Shown here one piece after another: positions 29,645 through 43,110 of a DNA stretch of 64,000 nt. Source of the DNA: the human T2T-CHM13v2.0 reference genome, Homo sapiens; assembly GCF_009914755.1 (NCBI RefSeq), contig NC_060927.1; one strand, 5' to 3'. A program made the position numbers and the translations under genes. The notes under the pieces were generated by a model. It ran no database searches and had not been told where the DNA came from. It saw only the letters and a program-made list of their open reading frames with translations. Each line of letters begins with the position of its first letter. The first letter of the stretch is position 1.

Positions 29645-29960
29645 GAGCAGCATAGTATAGTGGCTAAGAGTACATATCCTTGAGCTAGCTTTTCTGGGTT
29701 CAAGCTACTTCCTAGCTGTGTAACTTTGAGTAAGATACTTAACCTCCCCATGCCTCAGTTTTCCTTCTGAAAAATAGGGAAAACTGTAATTTATTCATAA
29801 GATTGTTATAAGGAGTAAACGACTATATATATATATATATAAATCTAAATTATATATATATGTGTGTGCATATATGTATGTATGTGTTTATACATAAATA
29901 TATATATATATATCACTTTGAACAATGCCTGGCATGTATTAAGTCCTTAATAAGTATAAG
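29645..29960 (+). mobile_element. MIR SINE interrupted by a (TA)n/(TG)n microsatellite at about 29824-29912
   Basis: agcagcatagtatagtggctaagag...acttaacctccccatgcctcagttttcc...gaacaatgcctggcatgta. Confidence 0.8.
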
Positions 29961-31304
29961 CTGGCACTACTACTTGCCACGTTGAGAGTGAGTGGATAAC
30001 ATTGAGATTCATAGCTGGTTATTGGCACAGCCAGAGCCGGTATCCAGATGTCTTATCTCTTGATTAAGAGGCCTGTTTCCCTGTTGACAAAGTGACCTTC
30101 TGAAGTAGCTGGTGGAGGAGAAGCAATTAACCACCTTCTAGTGGTATGATCATGACTGTGGCATCAAAGAGGAAGTGGAATGGCCTGGTTTAGCCTGCTC
30201 CCTGGATTTCTTCATGAATCAGTCAGGGTTATTTTGCTGCAACCACAGGAATTTCTTGAGCTGACTTAAATGAAAGAGAATTTGATAGGCTTAGGTGGTG
30301 TTGATGCAGGGAGGGGACTTGCAGAATTAACGGGAAGCCTGGAGACCTAGGAAGCAGAAGCCCCAACCACCATCCTCCAGCAGGAAGGGACAGGTTAGGG
30401 TGTGAGCACTAAGTAATCTGATTGTTTGGTCCTTGTGTCGCCCAGCTCAAGATTCAAAGTCCTGGAAGAGAACATCTAATTCATTGAGCTTCAGTCATAT
30501 GCCTTTCTCCTGGCTGTACTCGGACAGAGAGGAAAAGGATATGGCTTCTGGCATCCCTGGCATAGCAAGACTACACTCAAGACTACATCACATCTTTACT
30601 GATTTCTAAAAAGCTTCCTGGACAGATGAGGGGAGAAGGCTAGTGTTGGTCGCAGGCTGAGGGCGGGGTCCCACCTGTGGCTGAGCTGAGTGAGATAGAA
30701 GTGTGTAGTTGGGGGAGGTGATTAAAGAAGGAAATATAGGAAATTCTGTGTTCTGATGAGAAGTTTCCCTGTATAGATTAATGATATTTGTAGAACTGAG
30801 CCTGGAAAGAGACAAATATAAGAAAGAAGTAAAGAAGTATATGTAGTAAAAGCTAAGAGAAATTTCATCAGTAATCACACAGAGGGCTTGAAACTGACCT
30901 GGCTGGGGCATGAAGTAAGAGAGTTAGGGAGTGTGCTTTTTCAAGAATAAAAGGCACTAGGATTGAAACTGAAAAGTAATAGGCTGATTACATTTAATAA
31001 TTGTATAAGAAACTGTACTTACCATGTACATATGCCCACATAAGTTAAAATTAATTGTAGCCTGATTTAGTAGTGCTACATACAACAGATGCTACTCTGT
31101 AATTCTTTTGAAAAGTGAAGATTTGGGTTTTATATGGTAGTGTGATTTAGAAAATGCCAAACAAAGGTATTTTGTAAACAAGCACGTTAGTGGAGAAAAA
31201 ATGCGACTTAGAAAAAACATTATCAATATTACTAAAATATGATTTTATGATATTTTTATCAATGCATCTATGTAAGCACCAATGGGTGATTCTTTGTGTA
31301 TCTC

Positions 31305-31329
31305 TGTGTGTGTGTGTGTGTGTGTGTGT
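31305..31329. repeat. (TG)n microsatellite
   Basis: Direct reading. Confidence 0.95.
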
Positions 31330-31420
31330 AAAAACCATTTATTTTGGAATGAGTTGAATGGAAGCTCAAGTCTGCTGAGAACTGGAAACAATAGAAACAA
31401 AACTGTTGATAATGATTCTT

Positions 31421-31559
31421 TTTTTTTTTTTTTTTTTTTTTTTGAGACGGAGTCTCGCTCTGTCGCCCAGGCTGGAGTGCAGTGGCGGGATCTCGGCTCA
31501 CTGCAAGCTCCGCCTCCCGGGTTCACGCCATTCACCTGCCTCATTCACCTGCCTCAGCC
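31421..31559 (-). mobile_element. 5'-truncated young AluY (Ya5-like) with internal 13-bp duplication
   Basis: Pure poly(T), intact CpGs, GAGATCCCGCC diagnostic (ggcgggatctc); perfect 14-bp TSD tgataatgattctt at 31407-31420 and 31560-31573. Confidence 0.93.
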
Positions 31560-32440
31560 TGATAATGATTCTTAATCTGCTTTTTTTATTGTGGATTTGG
31601 AAGTTTTCTGTTGTTGTTGTTGTTACTCTTTTCCATCAGTAAGTGAACAGGTCACTTATTTATTGGGCACTTTGGTGCTAGGTTGGTGAATAGGACTTGC
31701 CCTCGTGGAGCTTATAGTTTGAAAGGCCTGTTTTCCAATGCACATAACGTGGAGCACAAAATATACTACACTGGAAGACAGAAGACATGGGTGGGTTCTA
31801 TGCTGGTTTCCTCTAACTAGTATGTGAACTTGGGCAACTCATTTCACTTCTTATTGGTTGAGTCCAATTGACTCAAGTTGCCTGAAATTGTTTGCAAACT
31901 CATGTGTACATGTATGTATATATTATCTGGGGGAGGGTGTCCATAGTTTCATCAGCCTCTCAAAGATCCATTTGTAACTTTAAAGGCTCTTTAAGATTCT
32001 AGTGGCTACAACTTGTCCTGAGTTTTAAACCCCAGTTCCCATTTTGAAATCTTCCAAAACAAGAACAGTTGCCAGCCTGAGACCTGGAAAGAAGGTGAAG
32101 ATAATTTGGTGAATCAGCATCATTTTCTAAACACAAAACTCAGGGCCAGATGTTTTATCAAAACAGAAGCAAATAGAAAAATAAAGATGCAATTTAATAG
32201 CAAGTTCCTCAGTTTCTGTCCTCTGGAGGCATTTCCATCCATTTGTCTCAGTTTCCCAGGTGCTTCCTATGGATCCTTTCACATTCTTGCTCTAGGTGCC
32301 CAAGTGGGTTCTCTCTTGAAGCAGATAAGGATATAGCGGTGGCTGTTCCTTCATGGTTCCTCTTGGTCCTGTTGGCTTTTCCTAATCTGCACCTCTATTG
32401 CCAAAGCCTGCGGAATGTTCTATAGTGGCAAGCTAAGCAA

Positions 32441-32592
32441 TTTTTATTTTCTTTTTTATGTATATATTTTTAGAGACATGGTCTTGTTATGTTGCCCAGG
32501 CCAGTTTCAAACTCCCAGGCTTAAGAGATCCTCCCACCTTGCCTCAGCCTCCTGAGTAGCTGGGACTATAGGAGTGAGCCACCGTGCCCAAC
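32441..32592 (-). mobile_element. FLAM-type free left Alu monomer
   Basis: tagagacatggtcttgttatgttgcccagg...gagccaccgtgcccaac; degenerate TSD aagctaagcaa/aagccaagcaa. Confidence 0.85.
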
Positions 32593-33910
32593 TTAAGCCA
32601 AGCAAATTTTAAATACCAAATCACTACTCTTGTTTTGGGTCTGTAGAACATAATTTCACAGATTGCTGGGTGTGCCTTTTGAGGAAAGGAGGGAGCCACC
32701 TCAGTCAGCTTTCTTTTCAGCTCAGTGATCACAGCTGAGCCCACAGACAAGTAACATAGATTCTTTTTGATAAGGTACAATGGGTTTTTAATTGACTCTT
32801 ACATTTCTAACTGCTTTTTGACCCATACCTGATAACTGTTAGTGGATCTAGCATTCTTGGAAGTGTGTCATTAACAAAATCTCTTTCTCCTGGCTATTTT
32901 CTCTTACCCAGAAATTAAATAACTCCTTTTCCTCCTTCATTCAAGATGTAAGCTCCTGGTGTCATTGGAGGATTTAGGGAGGGAGTTTTCCCTTTTCTTG
33001 GGTCATCTAGTATGGAGTTGTTTACTGAAGGGACTCAGAGCATGGATTTGAGCATGTCAGCAGCAGTTATGGAGAGTGTGGTCTGTGAGGTGATTGTGCT
33101 CCCTTTAAAGGTGAGGAAATTGCAGCTCAGTGAGCTGAAGAGTGATAAGAATTCAAATTTACAGCAGTAATGGGGGCTGGATATTCTGGGTCTTAGGTCT
33201 TCTGGTTTAGTGTGTGCTCCTTCTGTGACAGCATGGCCACAAACATCACACTCAATTCCACTCCCTTTCCCAGCCGTCTACCCCATCACCACCCTCCCCT
33301 CCTAAGAGGTTTGAAATTTCTGTCATTAGAAGTAACTCATGCATCAAACTCTAAAGGTAGCCTCATAGTCTCCACAAGGCACTGTTAAGTGTGGATTGTA
33401 GCTGAAAAGAGAAAGACAGGGGAGGAGGTGGGTGCTGTATCAGTGTGTGTGTGAGAGAGAGAAGCGGGGAGGTGGGAGAGGAGACAGAGGGATTGAGCAA
33501 GGCTAAGCCCTGCTTATGAGAGACAGAGGCACCTCTGAGGGCAGGTCACCAAAACGAGCACCACTTTCCAAGTGGGTGTAATTATAAGATGGTGTACCAG
33601 GTGTGTGAGAGGTCTGAGTCCCCAGATGGGAGGATATTCAGTCCTTGTGTGTATGTCAAGAGCAGTTTTCTGTGGCTATGAGAAGGTTGTGTCCCTGTGT
33701 GGTAAGAGGGCAGGTTCCTCAAGTGAGAGGGTTGAATTTTTGTATATTTAACAGGGTCAGTTCTCTGTAGCTGTCAGTGATCAGAAGGTCATGGCTCTGT
33801 GTATGAGAGAGAACCAGGCCCCAGTAGGCATAAGAAATACAAGGCCCATGGGTACAAAAGAGCTGAGTCTCCACCTATGAAAGGCTGGACTCCATTTATG
33901 AGGCAATGAA

Positions 33911-34505
33911 ATAGTTATCTACTGCTGCATAACAAACTTCCTAAAACTTAGTAATATAAAGCAATGACTGTTTAATTTTATCTCACAGTTTTGTGCACTG
34001 GAAAACTGGGCAGGGCACAGTGGGGATAGCTTCTCTCTGCTCCTTCTAGACTGCAGCCTCAGCTCCGATGGCTCAAATAACTGTAGATGATTGAATGGTT
34101 TTAGTGGGGCCATATATCTGTCTTCTCAGCTATGGCTGTTTCCTGGTTCTTCTCTAGATTGCACCTGCTGAGGCTGGAATATTTAGGGGACTTCTTCTCT
34201 CATGTCTGGCACCTGGGCTCAGATGGCTAGAACAGTTGAAGTTGGCCAGTCATCTTTTCAAGTGGCTAGTTTGAATTTCTTATGTGGTGTCTGGCTTCCC
34301 CCAGAGCCAGTGCTCCAAAAGACAAGAAGTGGAAGCTGTTAGTTTATCAAGGCCTGAGTCCAGAAAATATGCAGCATCACTTCAGCTATATTGTATTGGT
34401 TAAAGCAGTCACAGAATTGGCCCAGGTTCTTGGAGAGGGACCATAGATTTCCTCTTTTAATGAGAGAAGTGTCAAAGAATTTATGGCCATCTTCAATCTG
34501 CCATA
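33911..34505 (-). mobile_element. MLT1 (G/H-like) MaLR LTR
   Basis: ctgctgcataacaaacttcctaaaacttag...tattgtattggttaaagcagtcacag...gtcaaagaatttatggccatcttcaatctgcc. Confidence 0.75.
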
Positions 34506-34869
34506 ATGATGGATGAGTCTTCTTATAAATAATAGGGCCAGGTCTTCAGGTAATTTGAGAGGACAGAATCTGTGAGTGTGAGTGTGAATGAAGGTAGGAG
34601 AATTGACAAAACAGGGAAGTTTCTGAATGGGACTAAAAGAATATGTGCCTCTTCAATTTGCACTTTACTTTCTGCATCTCCTGTGTCCTTGATGCTTTGA
34701 AGGGGTAGCAGGCCAGGGATGTCCTGCTATGGATGTCAGATTGCACATCATGAGGTGGCAGGTCTTCCTTATCTTCCACTCTGGACCTGTTCCTCCTGGT
34801 CTCACATGTTTGTTTCCAGGTTGACCAGCAGCAAGTAGTTCTGCACCATGCAAAGTCTCTCTGCAAGGA

Positions 34870-35490
34870 GTTTGGCCAATTGCAAAGACAGAAGGAAGAA
34901 TTCCCAAGAGATTCTCACTTCTGACACCAACCACAAGTTTGGGGGCTTCTGAAAACTACCCTCAGGTTTCAGAATTTGCTAGAAGGATTCACAGAACTCA
35001 CTGAAAGAAGTTATACTCATGATTATGGTGTATTACAAGGAAAGGATACAGATTAAAATAAGCCAAGAGAGGAAACATAGGACAGAGTAAGGGAAGTACC
35101 AAATATGGAGCTTCTGTGTCCTCTCCCTGTAAAGTCAGGACATGTTAGTTTCCCAGCATCAATGTGTGACAACATACTCAGAGTACTGCCAACCAGGAAA
35201 CTGTATCCAAGCCTCAATGTTCAGAGTTTTTATTGGGTTCTATTATGTTGGCATGATTGATCAATTGTCTATGTGATTGATCTCAGTCTTCAGGTCAACT
35301 AACACTGTGTGACCCAGAGCCCCAACCTAAATTACACTGAAGGTCTTCCTGGAGTGTCCAGCCCCAACCCCAATAATATTGTTACTAATTTGACTAACTC
35401 AAGGGCCTCAGCCAAATAAAGATTACCTCACAGCAGCTGAAGGCAAAGGCCAGACATCTTTTTTGGTAGGGTTAAATCCTTTACTACACA
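34870..35490 (-). mobile_element. MER21/MER77-like LTR
   Basis: cacttctgacaccaac...gctagaaggattcacagaactcactgaaag...ggcaaaggccagac...gttaaatcctttactacaca. Confidence 0.65.
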
Positions 35491-36154
35491 GTCTGATAAA
35501 GAGAAGGCAGCAAGCTATGTGGAGGGGTTTGCTTCATGTGAGTACTCTTTGTGACATCCAGGAATTAGGATGACATGTTTCTCTGTGGCAGGCAAATTCT
35601 GGCAAATTGACTGTTTCTGCTTCCAAATTATAAAATGCTTCAAGTTTCTTTTCCTTCTCCATCTGCTTCTCCTGTTTCTGTTCTTCTTTTCAGTGTTCTC
35701 TGCAGCCCCCTACCCAACCCTGGACACCACCTTTCACTTGTCAGAAACATTAAGAGAATGAACTGAGTGGGCAGTGCCTTAATTTCTCTCTGCCACAGAT
35801 TTTTCTTCTTTTCTTTATCTTCTCTATTCTTTGCTTCCTGACTGGGTAGAGATGGGAGTGTTAGCCTGGGCCAATCCCTCCATCCTGAAAATTTCTTCTT
35901 CCATTCACTTCTCTGAATCTTTCTTCTTCAATTATTCCTTGTTTTCAGTTTCAGTTTCTCCCTTTTCAATGGAACATGCTAAAACCCACAAACTCTTCTT
36001 CTAGCCACCATTTTCAGTATTTCACTATCTTCCATTTTTAAACTAAGCAATTTCTTCCTTTTCCGTTTTTTTCTAGCCCTCTCCACCAATAGAATCACAA
36101 TGATTGCAACTGGTATTTATGTGGTGCTGAATAGTTTACCAAACACTATTGCAT

Positions 36155-36602
36155 GGCATGGTGGGACCCCTTGTTTTTGTGTACCTAGTATCTGTTCCCT
36201 TTCTTTAGGTAGCAACACCCCAATTTTGCAAAAAATGCATTGTCCAATTTAGGACTAATAATCTTGTTGGAACTGTCAATCAAGATGTTCACCTTGATCT
36301 TGCTGTGTGACCCTGGCTGATTATTCAGGGTCTCTCTCCTTGAAACTGGAGTCTTAGCTGAGGAATCAAGATTGAAAGTGGATAATGTGTGTTCATCTTT
36401 GTGATTCTGATAAAACAGGTCACATATTAGATTCTACTACCACATTCCCTAAACTTGCCTTTTTCATGTCTTTTCCCAAGACCTAATTCTTAAGCTTTTC
36501 TTTTAATTCTATGAGCTACCCCATATCCTTTTGATACATTCTTCCTTTTCCTGTAAGTCAGTCAGTCAGCTTCTGTTGCTAGCAACCAAAGAACTCTGAT
36601 AG
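36155..36602 (+). mobile_element. Old MLT1 (J-L-like) MaLR LTR
   Basis: 3' end cagcttctgttgctagcaaccaaagaactctgata. Confidence 0.5.
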
Positions 36603-38467
36603 CCCCTTTTGTTTGATTCTTCATTAATCACATATAAAGTAAAGGAGATAAGTAAAACTAATATTTACTGAAATTTTCTAGTTTAGATCTTTCAAGTAAA
36701 TTTGAAGTTTGAAAGGTACTGTACCTTTTCTAAAGTCTTGTATTGTTTTATCACTTCCAAATTTCTTGAGATATTTGTATTTGCTGACTCCCTAATCTAG
36801 GCTTCTCTCCATTCTTGAGCCCTACTAATTTGGTTTCTGTATCTTGCCTTCCTTTAAGATTCTGGGGTATTATTACTCAGTAGCCAATATCCAAATAGAC
36901 TTCTACTGAAACCTAGAATTACTATACAAAGCTTCTGAGCCCAGTAGCCTTTGTTCTACATGCAATGCTAGTGGAAGGCATTGTTACACTTAGTGTCTAT
37001 TTACAGCCCCTATTTTGTAACTTCCTTTTGCTTTCATGCCATAAAGCCAAACAATTAATTTCATAGTTAACATTCTATAATTTTCTTCTTGCTTCAAAAC
37101 CCTAGTGGCCACAGCATTCAACTGTATATAGTCATGAAAAACTGTAGAAAAAGGCTTTATTGTTTTACTTTCTGCCAGCTTTTTTTCCTATTAATAAAAT
37201 ATGAAAGTTAAGAGCTATAGCATTTCAAAATGAAGAGCTATGGGGAAATTCAAGATACCATAAAATGATCAAAGCAAAAAATAAATGTCCAATATACTGT
37301 TTTGAAAAAAAAAATAGATGACTTTGAAACTCACTTGTCTGTTGTTGCCTTGATGGGTTTCAAAACTATTGCAGCTCTGGTGTCGTGGGGGTAAGCAGGC
37401 CTAATGGAGTCATATTCTCGTAGAAGTTGTAAATAAGATTTCTGATCATTCATCAAAAGCTGATAAAAAGGGAAGTTCAGTGTTTAGGGAATACAGCAAA
37501 ACAAGGCTAGAAAGTTGTTTTAAGAAGACCTTTTTGAAAACATTTGTGGTAGTTCTTAGAAATCTAGCTCCATCTGGTTGGTGTTGGGAGGGGTAATAAC
37601 GAACTTTATCTCAAACCTTTGGGGCACTTAGAAATTACGCTGATTTTTCCAGTTTGCATTCCCAGCTGAACAAGCTGAAAAACAAATGCAGGCAGATCTT
37701 CTGACTTCATTTGTACACATTCGAACAAAGCAAATACACAATAGTTTGGAGGCAATTAGGGCTATGGTGCAGAGCATCATTATTTTAAAATTTATCCTTT
37801 AGCAGAGTTGTGACAAGATAATGAATGTGCATTTGCCGGTATGGGAGTGGAGCAACTTAGAAGGGAGAAAAAAAATGAGCTCATTGAGTCTTCATGGACC
37901 ATCAAGTCCAGAGACCTTTCAGTGTGAAAGAGTCCTTTGTTAGTGCCTCTGGGGAGCTCCTGACAGATGATAGAAAGGGCCCAGACTATTCCTCAAGGAA
38001 AATCCATCCTCAGAATAACTGCACAATGCTCAGCCTTTGCTCCCAACCTCATCCCAGCCCAGCCAGTCCTGTGGAATGCTTTGCGGTTTCCAAGCTGCTC
38101 TACTCTCTCTCCCTCTGTCGAGAGAGACCAGGTCAGCCATCACCTACCCCAGCTGATGTGCCTGCAGAGTCCACAGATTGGTCTGCCCACACTCTGCCCA
38201 CTGACAGTATTCTCTGTGGTATTTTTGGCTCCTACTGTTCTCCTCTGAGATGAGATAAGGTGCAAACCTAAGCCTCTTTGTTGGCATCTTGGGATCTTGA
38301 TATTTTTCAGCCCCTTTCCAGGGTACTTGTCCTCATCCAGGATTCTTAAATAATGGACTGAGGTCTACTCAATTCCTAACAATCCTCATTTTGCAAAGGG
38401 GAATTTTCTTTTCTCCAACTTCTTAATTGTGAGGGGTCTTTGGATTAACCCAATACTGTTACTCTGT

Positions 38468-39678
38468 GTAGTGGGTTGAATAATGGCTCCCCAAAAGATA
38501 TTTTCATGTCCTAACCCTTGGATCCTGTGAATGTGAATTTATTTGGAAAAAGAATCTTTGCAGACATAATTGAGGATCTCAAGATCTTTTGAGATGAGAC
38601 AATCCTGGATTAGGGAGTATTCTAAATCCAATGACAGGTATTCTTAGATGAGAAGAGACAGACACAAGAAGAAACACAGAAAGAATGCCATGTGAAGACA
38701 AAGAAATACATTGGAATGATGTCAACACATGCCAAGAAACACCTGGAGCTGATAAGTAAAGAAGGAAAGGAAATACTGGGTAGAAGAGGGCAGAGTCCCT
38801 GGCAAGGGTTTCACTCACAAGCCTGAACCCACGGCCCTAAATGAGAAATTCACATCCCTGTTTTCCCACTCAAATGTTGCCTTTCCCAAGACCACCCTGA
38901 TCTGCCACACCCCCTGATCCTGTACCCATAAAAACCCCAAACTCCACTGGCAGAGGAACAGAGGGGTGTGGCAGAGAAGAAGAGAAGAGAACAAGTGGCT
39001 GAATGTCTGGAGGAGAAGCAGCAACTGAGCATCAGAGACTACAGTAGATGTGGCTTAACTTCAGATGGCACAACTTTGGTGAGGAACCCAGCCAGAGATG
39101 GCTGGGCTTCAGGGAAAGATCACTTTCTTCTCGCACCATCCCCCTTCCGGCTCCCCTTCTGCTGACAGTCACTTCCACTGCTTAATGAAGTCTCCCCATT
39201 CACCACCCTTCAAATCTGTGTGACCTGATTCTTCCTGGACAGACGGATGGCTGAGAAGCTGGAGGAGAAGCCAGGTACCAAAAGGGCAGGGTGTCTGTCA
39301 CCCTGACCCTCCACTGAGCTGGTTAACACTTAGCTATCCACAAACAGCAACTGCTAAAAGGGCACTGCTTGTAACACACGTCCTCTGGGGCTCCAGAGGT
39401 CATGGGCAACCACTAGACACTGCTGTGGGCGGGTACGGGGGGTTGTTCCTGCCAGCGCCTAACAGCACTTACCACAGCTCCTGCACCCACTCACCTGCAT
39501 GCTCTCCCTCCCACAAGGGGTTTGAGCTGGAAGCCAAGCAAAACAAGCCACCTCTGTTTCAAGTCCTGTAAGGGTGTCAGGGAACTCTCCCATCTCAGAG
39601 CCATCAGAAGAGCCAAAGATCCTCCTGTAGAGCATTTGCAGGGATGCAACCCTGCTGACATCACTCTGAGATTCAGAA
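38468..39678 (+). mobile_element. MLT1B-like MaLR LTR split by an LTR1 insertion
   Basis: tgtagtgggttgaataatggctccccaaaagata...acacctggagc [LTR1] catcagaag...caaccctgctgacatc. Confidence 0.75.
38750..39597 (+). mobile_element. Solo LTR1-family ERV1 LTR
   Basis: TG...CA termini; ggaaatactgggtagaagagggc...cggccctaaatgagaa...gggaactctcccatctca; 4-bp TSD GAGC at 38746-38749 and 39598-39601. Confidence 0.8.
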
Positions 39679-39999
39679 GGGTTGGGTCTGCCTCCACCCT
39701 TGAGTAGTTTATATTGTATTTTAGTTGATAGCACAGGGCCTAAATACATTTTTTAAATGTCATGTTATTACAGAAGCTAACTGTGAGGACAGACACAAGG
39801 CACACCAAAATAAACTGATAAAACTAAGAAAAAGTGAGGCCATGAACCCAGAGGAAGGGACAGTTGGGTGGCCTGGAGGGCCTGCCATGATCTGAAGGAA
39901 GCAGAGCCCAACCAAGGGTGGCCGATGGGAATGATCTTCCCAGTGCAGACAAAAAGGAGTGCCTCGTCTGTAGGGAATGTAAGAAAACAATAAAATCAG

Positions 40000-41030
<1,031 letters not shown>

Positions 41031-41167
41031 GGATGAGGAAGGCCAGGAAGTAGATAAGCATTGGTTCACTCCTCCAAATTTAAATCTGTTGCTTAAAATT
41101 ATCCTAGCCAACTTGAAAAGCATTTTAACAAAACCTTTGCAGCAAACAAGGAGGTTATGTAGATTAT

Positions 41168-41286
41168 TAGGGTGACTGTATATTCTGGTTTGCTGAGGAA
41201 AGCTTCAGTTTAAGTGGTTGCCCACTGTCATCATTAATAAAACTTCTTTTCCCTCTCAAAGGTGTCCCTCACATTGGTCACTCTGT
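41168..41286. mobile_element. MER94-like hAT-Blackjack fossil
   Basis: TIRs tagggtgac.../...ggtcactct; internal ttccctctcaaaggtgtcc. Confidence 0.65.
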
Positions 41287-42021
41287 AGATGAGGGACAAG
41301 TTGTGCCCACACAGAACAAAATTTAGAATCTGAAATACTGTTTTTAGTTCTAAAGAGATGAATATTAAGGATTGCCTAGTAGTAAGAATGGCAATTGACA
41401 ACTTTACTTTCAATTGTGAATTAATATTAAATAGCCAGTGAGTAGTGAAGAGAGACCATGAGTCTGTTTAAATGGCAATAAGGTGCAACTCTTTTCATTG
41501 GTTGGACTTGCAGATGAGTAGTGTAGAAGAAAAGCACTGGTGTGGATCATCAAGTTTCTATTTCTTTGCTTGACAGTTTTGAAAGGAATGCTAGAGTGAC
41601 GATATACAATGTAGACAGAAGAGAAGTTTGAGGGTGAAATTTGAAAATTATCAAAACTGGAGTCAAATCAAGGAGAATGGAAAGGGAGGCCATGCCAAGT
41701 ATTGGAGAAGGCAGAGAAATGTATGTGGTGGACGGTGTGGGTGAGAGCAGCTGAGTTCAGTAGAAAAGTGTCTAACTGCTGAGAGAATAAATCTATATCC
41801 TGAATTTAAAATAAAATCCCAATGTGACTTAGATACTAGATAAGACCAAATGATGCAAGCCCATGGGAGAATATTGTTCCACAGAGTAGCTGTGAATGGA
41901 AGCCACCATAACTGTGCTGTGTTCTTCTGTGTTTCTTTGTCTTCGTGTGTGCCCTTTTGGATAGGAACAATTATCCCCCTGCATTAGCTGAATAAATTCT
42001 GAGCTATCTTTTAAAAGAGAG

Positions 42022-42265
42022 TGTAGTGTGATGGCTTTAAGCATGAACTTTGGAAGTAGAGTACTTGTGTTTGAGTCCTACCACTATCACTTTGTAGCTG
42101 CGTGGTCCTATGCCAGTCAACCTTGGCACCTCAGTCTTGTTATCTGTAAAATGGGGGTCATGATATTGCTTACCCTGGGCAGTGGTTGTGAAGATGAAAT
42201 GAATTAAATGTTTGGTACTTAGGATGAAATATGGATCCTGATAAGTATTACATAAATGTTAGCAA
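42022..42265 (+). mobile_element. MIR SINE
   Basis: gtagtgtgatggctttaagcatgaactttgg...cctcagtcttgttatctgtaaaatgggg...ataaatgttagc. Confidence 0.8.
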
Positions 42266-42739
42266 TTGCTTAAGACTAGGCTAAGAAATTACTTCCTCTT
42301 GAGAACAATTTCTGGCTCTACTTCCAGGCTATCATGGGGCATCCTCCAATAAGGCCCTGTGTATAGCATGCCCTACACTGTAATGATTTATTTTAATTTA
42401 CCACTCATATTAAACTCCTTCCACTAAAGATTGGGTCTCACAGATTTCTACAGCCCACTGTCTAGCTGAGTTCTTCATAATAGTATGTGCTCGATAAATA
42501 TGGATTAAATGGATGAATGAATGAATGCTGGCAATTCATCTCTTCAGGTCTCTATCTTTGAAAGGGAAAATACTCGAAGGGAAAATATTAAGCCAACTTT
42601 TGTGGCAGAAGGCTGTGAAAAGAGGAATTTACTCCTCAACCACTAAAACCTGACTTTTGCCCTCAGTATATGACTAGACTGGAGGAGCAACTTTTGTTGT
42701 CACCATAAACATCCTTCTGTAGTAAACACCAGTAAACAC

Positions 42740-43110
42740 TTTTCTTTTCTTTCTTTCTTTTTTTCTTTTTGTTGATATTGGGTGATTTATTGAGCGAACT
42801 TACAGACAGAAGTGTGGTCTTAGGCAGCAGCAAGGCAGGTAGATCTCCACACTGCTGCTCCTCAGACCCAAGGCTTCTATTGTACAGGGAAAGGGGATGC
42901 CTGCTCCAGTAAGACGATTAAAGGGAATCCTCCAGAACAGGTAAGAATGCCATATGTGTCGCAGCCCATAATTTGTGGACAGCATCAAGTTTGCTCTGTT
43001 CTTACACTAGTTGACAGTCAATAAAGTAAAAACCAGGAGGCATTCATGAAGCTAATCAGAAATCAACATAGCAGATTAGCATTCAAGGTGGAGCCACTTT
43101 TGTCTCCACG
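42740..43110 (-). mobile_element. ERV LTR (family uncertain) ending in an A-rich tail just after AATAAA
   Basis: Reverse complement starts GTGGAGACAAAAGTGGCTCCACCTTGAATGCTAATCTGC; AATAAA at 42786-42791; A-rich tract 42740-42770. Confidence 0.6.

Noticed and set aside
31858-31876. Small palindrome ttgagtc-caatt-gactcaa
   Set aside because: 7-bp arms are expected by chance in 64 kb.
33597-33903. Repeat/spacer-like periodicity suggesting a CRISPR array
   Set aside because: Primate DNA, no identical direct repeats with unique spacers, no cas genes; better read as a decayed minisatellite.
36620-37600. AT-rich stretch that might be an ancient transposase or LINE remnant
   Set aside because: I could not read any recognisable protein motif or terminus; needs an HMM search.
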